Shown: piece by piece, positions 52,924-64,000 of the stretch
Position numbering within the stretch: the stretch's first letter is position 1
How the letters are laid out: every line of letters starts with the position of its first letter
Origin: Octopus vulgaris
Taxonomy: Eukaryota
Length of the DNA: 64,000 nucleotides
Direction: 5' to 3'
NCBI GenBank assembly: GCA_951406725.2
Contig: OX597834.1
Location: forward strand, 43,710,001 to 43,774,000
Notes under the pieces: generated by a model
Databases searched by the model: none
Told to the model about the DNA's origin: nothing
Seen by the model: only the letters and a program-made list of their open reading frames with translations
Program-made: the position numbers and the translations under genes

Positions 52924-53107
52924 TATGTATTTGTGAGTGACTTTCCGAATATACATATATAATTCGCTTTCTCTCTCTCTCTCTCACACATACACACACA
53001 CATATATATATATATACACAAACATCTTATATACAAGTATGTATACTGAGAAAGCTATTATGTAATTGGCCATGATTTTAACGCAGAACTTATGCATACA
53101 TATAATG

Positions 53108-53185
<78 letters not shown>

Positions 53186-53378
53186 CGGATGAATGGAGGA
53201 CGGAAAGACAGACAGACAGACATGAAATAAAACTTTCAAAAATGAAATGGTGTGCCGTAACAACTTTAGTACTTTGCTAAGTGTTTCGTGAATGAGAAAA
53301 AATTTTTTTAACCTAGCATTAGATACTTTCGTTTAAGAATACATCTTTCGTTTAAGAATACGTGTATATATATATACG

Positions 53379-53720
53379 TTTGTGTGTCTGTGTTGTACCC
53401 CCTCCCCATCGCTTGACAACCGATGTTGGTGTGTTTACGTCCCCGCAAATTAGCGGTTCGGCAAAAGACATCGATAGTATAAGTAGTAGGCTTACAAATA
53501 ATAAATCCTTGAGTTGATTTCTTCGACTAAAAGCTGTGCTCCATCATGGCCGCAGGCAAAATACTGGAACAGATAAAAGAATATATATACCTGGGCTTCT
53601 TTCAGTTTCCGTCTACCAAATCCACTGACAAGGCTTTAGTCGGCCCGAGGTTATAATAGAAGACACTTGCCCAAGTTGCCACACAGTGGGACTGAACCCG
53701 GAACCATGTGGTTGGGAAGC
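53379..53720. mobile_element. SINE family A split: 3' half on plus (53379-53582), 5' half on minus (53593-53720)
   Basis: Both halves are recognisable and non-overlapping, joined through a TA tract. Confidence 0.8.
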
Positions 53721-54066
53721 GCATGGAGACAATACGCTACATAACCATGGATGTCTTTTTTTTTTCCAGTGCCTACCACATTAAATCGCTATTATTAAAA
53801 GACTGAAATTTTGGTAGAACACAAAATATTGCAGTGCGAAAATGTCTCGCCTCGCTTATTGTCGAATATATTTGCATATATTAGCATATATTAGCATTGA
53901 GGAAGTGAAATCTACTTAACTTTTGATAGCTGATCACCGCATACTTGCATGGAATATTAGAATAAACATAACATAAACATACATATATGTGTGTATGCGT
54001 GCATGTGTGTGTGTGTATGTGAGTGTTGCATATATATGTCTGTGTGTATATATATATACATTAATA

Positions 54067-54097
<31 letters not shown>

Positions 54098-54117
54098 CTG
54101 TATTGATTATACTGTAT

Positions 54118-54408
<291 letters not shown>

Positions 54409-55070
54409 TGTGTGTATTTATGTACGTATGCATCTATCGCGATCTAACACAGGTTATTCAACTATTTTCTTGAATCTATTCCTAGTTTTCTCTCTTCAAG
54501 AAGAATTTATCTGAAATTTTTAAAAAAAAGAATATATTTTAACAGAAGCAGATTATATTTGAACCGTAAACCGTCAAAATCCAGCCAACTTATTCCAAAT
54601 TCTTCTAGCATTAGATCTCTATTCACATATCTACAAACAGATACATTAGTATTCATAGATAATACGTCTTTTTTTTTTCTATTATTATTTTCCAAACAAA
54701 TGCTCTCAAGATTGCATGTATTTCTGCGTGTCCGTGCATAGTTGTGTTTCGTATCGTTTCAAATGCCACCAACAAGCTTCAATTTGGAGTGTTTCTGCTC
54801 GGTTCTACGTTAGCTCATTACAAATCTATATTCTGTGTTCTGTAATTTTTTAGCCATGCATTCTCCACACATATATCAATTGTTCATTGTTATAAAATTC
54901 TGTACACAACTAGTTCCATATAAAAGTTGATGCGTTTCTATTTTGTTTTTTGGGGTCTTTTTTGGTTTTTTATTATCTTATTTGATGTAACGTTAGTGTT
55001 GTTGCATCTTGTGTTTGTCGATGTGTGAGCATGTGTGGGTGTGAGGGACCGTGTGGGTGTGAGGGATTTC

Positions 55071-55101
<31 letters not shown>

Positions 55102-55247
55102 GTGGATGACGCTTATTGTTCTTTTTTCATATACTCAACTCATATAAATATACTCACACACATACACACGCACCACTCACTCACATACACATACATACAC
55201 ATCCACATCCACAAATCCACAAAAGTATGTATACATAGTATTATACG

Positions 55248-55284
<37 letters not shown>

Positions 55285-55336
55285 ATATATATATAATACA
55301 CATGTACATATATATGCAAATATATATATACATAAT

Positions 55337-55369
<33 letters not shown>

Positions 55370-55409
55370 TATATATATATATACATAAAGTATGCATTAT
55401 ATATTCTAA

Positions 55410-55466
<57 letters not shown>

Positions 55467-55523
55467 TATACATTATATAATATACATATATATAATATAT
55501 ATATATATATACATATATATACA

Positions 55524-55568
<45 letters not shown>

Positions 55569-55681
55569 TACATATATATATATATATATATATATATCTA
55601 TATATGTGTGTGTGTTTGTGTGTATGTATATATGTATATACGTATATATGTATGTTTCCTCTGTGTGTGTGTGTGTGTGTG

Positions 55682-55763
<82 letters not shown>

Positions 55764-56183
55764 GAGCGTGCAGTCAGTCATTCTAATTGATTCGGTAGGC
55801 TGAAATCAACTATCTGCTTTCTTAAAAGCTTTTTAACCCTTCGGGAGCGGATCTCGCTTTGACGTTTCTATTGCACATTTAATATAAGTATATCCATACA
55901 GCTTGGTTATTTTTTTGTGTTTTTTTTTATGTTCTTTGTTTTATTTTCCGTGTATATCGCATGATGCTATATATCTTTCCAGCTTTAATATTATTTCATT
56001 TCAGGCCTGTCTTCGCCATATTTCATTCATTCAGTAGAGATCTTGACAGATCTCCCTGCACTTGACGTTATATTCCGGGATCAGCTCGTCTTATGCCTCT
56101 CCTCTTGAGACTCGGTATGGACTGTTTTAAGCAATCTGTTGTCAGAACTGGAAAAATCCAGAAATCAAAACACACACACACAC

Positions 56184-56240
<57 letters not shown>

Positions 56241-57212
56241 CAGGTGTGTATAAACATCTACATATATATTACATATATATACAAATACATAAATTGTAAA
56301 CGTTTACAAATAAATGTATGCACCGATATGTCCGTATGTGTATGTCTGTGAGTATGCGTGTGAATGTGTGTGTTTGTCCATGTGTGTGTGTGTGTGTGTG
56401 TGTGTTTACAGGTTTGTAATTGTTCCAAAAGTTATATCTTTAATGACCTAATTCCTGGCAGCCTTGGAGAAATTATCAGAATATAAGTAATATGGTCGAA
56501 CATTTATTTAGAATTTTTTTCCTTCTACCCTAATGTCATTCAATGTACGGACCCTCCCGCTCCGCCCTCCTTTTCTTGCCATTCCCTCCATCACCTTATA
56601 TCTCTCTCTCTCTCTCTTTCCCTCTCTCTTCTCTCTCTCTCTCTCTCTATCTCTGTCCATCTCCCTTTTTTTGGTAGTGTTTATCTATTTGATTCTTTGT
56701 CATTTGGCGGCAACAGAAGAGCAGAGGCATTATGTCTTATTTCATATTCTAGAGAAACCTAATGGAAGATGTTACTATACGGAGAGTCACCTAAATAGCA
56801 GATACATTAAATATTGCAATACTTCGCAATCACACACAAGCATACACAAGCACGGACAAACACACAAAGGCACTCATACACACACGCACGCTTCTATCTA
56901 TAAACATCTAATACACGTATAGACACATGACATACACACACATATAAAACTAACACACACATTCACTCACTGCACGGTCATTCATCTGAATACCATATAT
57001 TAAGCAAGCCAGCACCTCATAAACATAGCCATCTTATATACTCGGCTAACACATATATAGAAGTTAAGGTGTGGTGCATTGATAAATGTGTGCAAAAAGG
57101 CTCTCAAATAATTAAATTTTCCCATTTAGTCATAGAAAGGAGCTAAAACCCTAGATGACGCTCTTTGAGAGTATCAAAGGAAAGGGGACATAATTCTAAG
57201 ACACTACATAAG

Positions 57213-57243
<31 letters not shown>

Positions 57244-57307
57244 TGATAAAACGGTAAGATAACAAAAGAAAGAAAGAGACCTCAATATTATGTAAATAGA
57301 GGAAATT

Positions 57308-57486
57308 TATCTATACAATATGTTACATTACTCGGTAGTCAAGATAAAACTCTGAGTTTCAGATGCCGAAGTGGAAATCCACAACACCATCTCTTCCGAA
57401 GAGATGGTGTTGTGGATTTCCACTTCGGCATCTGAAACTCAGAGTTTTATCTTGACTACCGAGTAATGTAACATATCGTATAGATA
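57308..57486. repeat. Near-perfect palindrome (89-bp arms, 1-nt centre at 57397)
   Basis: One mismatch (TACAATATG vs CATATCGTA); lies between (TA)n tracts. Confidence 0.97.
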
Positions 57487-57502
57487 TATATATATATATA
57501 TA

Positions 57503-57660
57503 TAAGTTCAAATTTACAGAAAATGTAAGACAGGTGTAGGAGTAACAAACAGGTGTATTAGTTTAAAGCTTGCTTAGAATGGAAAAGTCATGAACGTTTC
57601 GAGCGTACGCTCTTCGACAGAAAGGATTAAAGCAAAAGAAAAAGAGGGGAGAGAATGTTA
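57503..57660 (-). mobile_element. Short (TA)n-adjacent element with variant hammerhead-like motif (57589-57624)
   Basis: Minus strand CTTT-CTGTCGA-A-GAGC(GTAC)GCTC-GAAAC-GTT. Confidence 0.65.
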
Positions 57661-57969
57661 GCCGTACTCTCACCCATCTTTACTTCTAAGAAGAAATTTA
57701 TATTAGTCTGGCATTAATCCTTCGACCTGTCCAGCTCTGGAGACCTTACTAGGAGCTTTTGCTCCGCTGTCATAGCTTCCAGGGTCATTAAGACATGGAA
57801 GACACCACAATACAAGGACTAGATTCTGTGGTGAACCTTATAATCTAGGAGTCGATATTCTAATCTTTAAATTCACTAATTAACGCATAACTCTGATGAA
57901 TCAATTAGTTCGTTATTTCTACTGACATATTTCCTTTTCATTTTTTTATAATCTGTCACCACATTCAGA

Positions 57970-59960
57970 GAATGATGCAAAACCACCCAGACCTTTTCTT
58001 CTTTTATATAAACGTTTATGGTAGCTTCACAACTACATCTGGACGACATATTTCAAGAGAACTTTTTAAGATAAGCGAGATATATTTTGACTGTCAAGCC
58101 ATGGACATTTTACTAAATTTGCTTACCGTATTCCGATGATGTACATAAACAGCTGAAGATGAAGACACCCTCAATATCTGTTAATAAATTGTAGAAAACA
58201 GTAATTTCACGTTACTGATGGTTAGCTTTATATTGTTGGTATTAAAACACGAAGTCATTTACCCGAACTTAGATTCTGATTGTTAACCTGTATCACATCA
58301 TAAAACACTGCCGGTTGCTCTACCTCCTTAAGATGGACTCAACTTCATTGAAGCAGAATGAAGCAGAAATTGGTGAGTTTGTATTTGCTGGAAATGCTTC
58401 AGGTTCCGAATATAGTTTGTTTTCATTCTTTTCATTTCAGACAAGAAAATTAGAGACAGAGAACTGTCAGGAGATAAAGCAGAGTTTCTCACTTTCCGTC
58501 TCAAAGTAAGTCACTTCCTTGAAGAAAATATAGCTGTGAGTTACTAAAGAAAGAGAAATTTTGATTTAACAGTTTATTTCAAAGTGAATGGCTTTCTCTG
58601 TTATTGTCACGACATTAATAAATATTTTGCAAGTTTCTCTGAAAGGCATGATGGAAGTGAATGGTAACTTTATATAGATTCCTCACTGTGAAGCTTAAAA
58701 GCTGTTTTATTGCGTAATGGAAATTTTAAACCATCTCTCCCCACTGTTTATCAAGTACATTTAAAAGAAGAATCTTATGTTAACATGATGATGCGTTTTA
58801 ATGTAACTGAAAACAACATTCGAAGATAAAATCTTTGTAGAGATCTTATAGCAATAGGTGTTAAAGGGCAATGCAACAGGGATTTCCCCAAGTGGTGCTG
58901 CTTTCTAGGTCTGGCGGACAGTTTGGCTTTTATACTGGTTTCAAATTTAGGCACAACGCTAGCCATATCGAGGGAGGGGGGTTAGTCGATTACATCTAAC
59001 CCAGTGTTCAAATAGTTCCTAATTTATCGACCCGAAAGGATGGACGGCAAAGTCGACCCGAGCGGAATTTAAAATCATATCGTAAAGACGAATTAAAACC
59101 TGCTAAGTATTTTACCTGATGTACTAACGATTCGTTTCTACTCTAGGCACAAGGCCCGAAATTTTGGAGGAGGGGGCCAGTCTATTAGATCGAACCCAGT
59201 ACGCAACTGGTACTTAATTTATCGACCCCGAAAGAATGAAAAGTAAAGGCGACCTCGGCGGAATTTGAGCTCAGAACGTAAAGACAGACGAAATACCGCA
59301 AAAATTTCGCCTGGCGTGCTAACAATTCTGTCAGCAACCCGCCCTAAGTCGTGCTTTTATAGTATTACTCTTTTTCTCTTTTACTCTTCTACTTACCACA
59401 CAGCCACTCCGACGCCTATAGTTATAGTCAACCGAGCCTTCATGCATTTCTGAATTAAATAACATTTAATTGGTGATTTTTTTCGCTAATCCAAAGAAAA
59501 TACTTCCTACTAAGATTGTTTCAATGAAGATCTTATTAGTAAAATATTTCAAAAAGATTTCTCTCTAAATATTTCTAAAATTAAATACAAAAATTTAAGA
59601 GGCATTTTTTCTTTTTCTTTTATCCGGTCTCAATTCCAGGAATCATTAAAAGACTGATAAAACATTAACAGCACCTGAGCTAAAAGCTTGGTATATCTTA
59701 AAAAGGGCCCATGTAAACTTTGAGGGAAATTAGAGGTCTCAGCTGAGAAATGAACCGAAGCTCTAGATGATGTAGGCTATCACATACATCCTAAGTTATA
59801 TCTCTTACATTCACGCCAAAGACTTCTTCACCGAAAATCTTGGCAGATTTAATGATGAGGAACAAGATGGTCTGTACCAGGATATTAAATGTTTAGAGAT
59901 TCTCTATTAAGGATTCTGGAATGAAAACATGATGCCAGCCTAGAGTTGGGTATTATATCT
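57970..59960 (+). pseudogene. Decayed Chapaev3-like (CMC) DNA transposase, interrupted by SINEs
   Basis: Ordered motif remnants NHPDLF..GSFT; ELSGDKAEFLTFRLK; LCYCHDI; VHLKEESYVNM; MQQGFPKWCCFL; NPKKILP; DFFTENLGRFNDEEQDGLYQDIK..Y*GFWNENMM, compared with the recalled motif DFFPENLGAVSDEHGERFHQDI..YQG.W. Many stops and frameshifts. Confidence 0.7.
58935..59345 (-). mobile_element. Two tandem SINE family B copies
   Basis: TTTATCGACCC(C)GAAAG..GGCGGAATTT twice; second copy has tail TTCTACTCTAGGCACAAGGCCCGAAA. Confidence 0.85.
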
Positions 59961-60091
59961 TCAAGATGTTAATCAATTTAGAAGAAAAAATTATAACACA
60001 GTTAAGGTGGCGACCTGGCAGAATCGTAAGCACGCCGGGCAAAATGCGTAGCCGTATTAATGAAATCTACCCCAGTATTTAAATGCTACGA

Positions 60092-60308
60092 TACTCTTTT
60101 ACTCTTTTACTTGTTTCAGTCATTTGACTGCGGCCATACTGGAGCACCGCCTTTTGGCGAGCAAATCGACCCCGGGACTTATTCTTTGTAAGCCCAGTAC
60201 TTATTCTATCGTGTCTCTTTTGCCGAACCGCTAAGTGACGGGGACGTAAATACACTACTATCGGTTGTCAAGCAATGCTAGGGGGACAAACACAGACACG
60301 CAAACACT

Positions 60309-60383
<75 letters not shown>

Positions 60384-60546
60384 GATAGGCTTCTTTCAGT
60401 TTCCGTCAACCAAATCCACTGACAAGGCATTGGTCGGCCCGAGGCTATAGCAGAAGACACTTGCCCAAGATGCCACGCAGTGGGACTGAACCCGGAACCA
60501 TGTGGCTGGTTAGCAAGCTACTTACCACACAGCCACTCCTGCGCCT
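60092..60546 (-). mobile_element. SINE family A, full length and close to consensus
   Basis: Complete head, CORE-like part, internal (TA)n, tail and (TAAAAGAG)2; preceded by a partial family B head at 60005-60078. Confidence 0.92.
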
Positions 60547-61997
60547 ACAATATTTATTTATTGGCCAAAAAAAGCAAAACATGAAGAACCCACCTCGTTG
60601 AAATTCGAACACAGGACACAGATGAACATCGTAAGACATCTTATACAACCACGAACAATATCGGCAATGAAATCTGCTGTCTTCGGATGAGTTTCTGTTT
60701 TATTTATTCGTTTCCGGGAAATTCATGTTCAATTGACAAAGCAACATCTGTTAGAAAAGTCCATTGACAAGAATAACCAGGAGTAAATAACATTTCTGTA
60801 GCACGGAGCTAATTACATTAGCATTTCATTTATTCAGCTTATAATCGTTTCTTTGCTCATTCTTCTTTCATCTCGCTAAATCTGCGGAGAGTGAGTAATT
60901 TCTTACTAGTCTTTAATCATTTATCATTAATCCCTAAGCCTGTCTTCTTTTTTACGTGTACGTTTGCATGTGTTAATATAGACACACGTTCACGTGCGAG
61001 CGCGCCGCAAATACACGCACATACACACATACGCACACGTGTGTGTCTATATATATATATATACACGCACCCACTTCTATAAAGATTTAACATATATATA
61101 TATGTGTGTGTGTGTGTTGTTAGCTTGAGTGTATGTGTGTGTGTGTGTGTGTGTGTGAGTGTGTCTATACACACACACACTCCTCTACATATGTTTAACA
61201 TGCATAGACGTATATATAACATGCATAGACGTATATTAAAATGCATATATTCATGTACATATATATATATATATGTATACATATGCATATACATATAAAT
61301 TATATTTATCCATATATAAATAAATGTGTGTGTATTTTATTTAGCGAAAGGGGAAAAGCGAGATATACACTCATAAATACATATGCTGTACATAAATATA
61401 TATGTTTGTATGTGTGTGTATGTATATGTGTATATATGCATGTGTGTATGTATGTATGGATGTATGTATAATCTGTAATGTAATCTCTGGCATCTTTGAT
61501 TAAACTAGGGTGTGCGTGTTACAAGATTATATGTATATATACATTTGCTCACATATGCATGTATATATATGCGTGTATGTGTGTGTATATATTTGTGTGT
61601 GCACGTGAATGTGTATGTGTGTATGTATTTATGTTCGTTTGTACATGTACATATATATGTGTGTATGTTTGCATCATTTTTAATTAATTGTGTGGAAAGT
61701 TGCGGGCGTGATAATCTGTGCATGGGAATAGAAAATGCCGTGTTGTGCATGCGTATATGGTGTATATATATAGGTTTATATATTGTGGATACTCAGTACT
61801 AAATATAAGTGAAGATTTCTGCAAAAATGAATTGCGTCATATACATACATACATCGATACATAGACACATACGTACGTATGTATATAAGTACATACATAC
61901 GTGCATAAATATGCCTCTGTGTGTGTGTGTGTGTGTGTCTGTATGTGTGTGTGTGTGTGTTTGTCTGTGTAAATATATATATATATATGTATATATA

Positions 61998-62049
<52 letters not shown>

Positions 62050-62520
62050 TATTTCAAGATCTCTTGACAGTAGAGTAAGAACTGGTTTCTAACCGCGATT
62101 CCAAGGCTCCTTCATTGGAATTTCATCAACATCAATTAATTTTGCATGTATATATCGTTGCTATTATGTTAAACTGTCGTATGTCCATATACATTTTTTT
62201 CTCAACGCTTTCTATATTTTTATTCCAGTTTATATATTTTTATATATTAAGTCTAATCGTGTTTATCTGCTCCACTACACACACACATATAAGCCTACAC
62301 CTATATATATATGTATGTATATATTATGTAAATATATGCATGTGTGCTCGAAATGAGGAGTAAACAGACAGCCGACAACTGATGAAGGGTCGTTCTTTAT
62401 GTTACTTGTCCTATTTTCCATTTTTCTCTCGTTCTTTACGTATTTAACTCGTTTATTTTCGTACTTCATGTTGTTTACACAGTTGGTGACGTCCAGTACC
62501 CATATATGCATAATTATATG

Positions 62521-62856
62521 AAGGCGTATGGCTTAGTACTTAGAGCATCGAGCTTACGATCGTGGGGTTGTGAGTTCGAATCCCGGACCAGGCTGCGTGT
62601 TGTGTTCTTGAGCAAGACACTTTATTTCACGTTGCTCCAGTTCACTCAGCTGTAGAAATGAGTTGCGACGTCACTAGTACTAAGCTGTATCAGCCCCTTT
62701 GCCTTTCCCTTGGATAACACTGGTGCCGTGGAGAGGGGAGGCTGGTATGCATGGGCGACTGCTGGCCTTCCATAAACAACCTTGCTCGGACTTGTGCCTG
62801 GGAGGGTAACTTTCTAGGTGCAATCCCATGGTCAGTTATGACCGAAGGGGTTCTCA
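62521..62856 (+). mobile_element. SINE family C, full length
   Basis: tRNA-like head with GAGTTCGAATCCC, core TTCTTGAGCAAGACACTT..CACTCAGCTGTAGAAATGAG, tail shared with ~47785-47890. Confidence 0.88.
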
Positions 62857-62896
62857 GCATGTATATATATATATATATATATACATCATTTATTAT

Positions 62897-62939
<43 letters not shown>

Positions 62940-63834
62940 ATACCTATGTGTATGTGAGTATGAATGTCCTAAAACGGCCTCGTTTCCATAGAGCCAGTGC
63001 TTACCTTTTATTCTTATCCTTCTCCTGTTTTCGATTTTCTCCTTATTTTATTATTTCGCTTCTGAACGTTTGGTAAATCTTGGTCGTCGTCTGCAGAGCT
63101 AAAACGGGAAGCAACATCAATAATAACCGAGTTGACAAACACTAACTTAACACACATACATAACTTCATAAAAACGAGAGCCGACAACGTCTCGACCGCG
63201 TATGTAATACAATATAATATTATTGCTGTAAAGTACTCAACATCACAACAGATCTATCATCAAAACGATTCTATTTGTTGACGGTGTCGTTTTGTCTGTA
63301 GTTGGCTCTCGTTGTTGGTTGTCGTCTGCCGGTAGGGGTGGTTGTCGGCTGGCGGAAGATCTTTCATAGTGGAACATCTAGTAGAACGAAAACAAAAAAA
63401 ACAAAAATTCCTGTCCAACCAAAGCTAAGTCTCTCACGAAATATTTAATGAAACAAAACCATTTTACGCCATTCGCTTTTCCTGTTCCCAAAAGTAATTT
63501 TCTCGACTGAAAAAGCTGATAAAGAGACGAGAGTTTGGATGGTAGATTCTTGTTTAAAATAACATTCTACTCGTCGGCATTATCGCCGTTATCACTTGTA
63601 ATGCTGACAATAGAACCAGGTGACGTGTTACCAGTTCTGTAAATATTGAAACTGACACAAACTCTCTCTTGTTTTCCTGATTCTACGTTTGCTAACTTGA
63701 TTACTTTCAGATAGCAATCGGAAATATGTTCAAAAGGGACCATCACTCAGACACGACCGCCGTTTGCTTTTCTTTCGCTTTGATTTCGTTCGGTTTTGGT
63801 TTTGAGACAATCAGACGATTATTTATCTTATTGT

Positions 63835-64000
63835 TGTTATTGTTGTTGCTGTTGTTTTTAGTGGTAGTGGTGGTGGTGGTGGTGGTGGTGGTGGCGGCGG
63901 TGGTAGTGGCGTTGGAGATTTCGGTGGTTGTGGTTCTGGTAGAAGTGGAGTTATCAGTGGTTGCGGTCGTGGCGGTGGAAGTGATGGCGGCGGTTGCGGT
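63835..64000. repeat. (GTT)n/(GGT)n low-complexity tract
   Basis: Directly visible. Confidence 0.85.

Noticed and set aside
63690-63790. Acceptor-like GCTAAC..TTTCAG followed by a short open frame
   Set aside because: No convincing donor or recognisable peptide; cannot support an exon without RNA data.

Overview
AT-rich, microsatellite-saturated eukaryotic DNA with no credible host protein-coding exon; nearly all listed ORFs are translations of (TA)n, (CA)n, (ATCT)n, (AAT)n or (AAG)n tracts. The repeat families look like those of an octopod cephalopod (Octopus sp.), recognised from memory rather than by search. Contents: about 30 tRNA-derived SINE copies in four modular families (here A-D), CR1-group and RTE LINE fragments, an internally deleted mariner carrying a nested MITE, a maT/DD37D-like transposase remnant, a decayed Chapaev3-like transposase and Helitron-like 5' ends. 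The most notable signal is a set of short elements, mostly inside (TA)n tracts, that carry minimal type I hammerhead ribozyme motifs with palindromic stem III. Several are arranged as fold-back inverted repeats, as in Penelope-like elements: one is near-perfect with a canonical core (27.55-27.88 kb) and others have recurrent non-canonical cores. Two SINE/LINE pairs share 3' stem-loops with compensatory base changes. Coordinates of repeat edges are approximate and identities were judged by eye.
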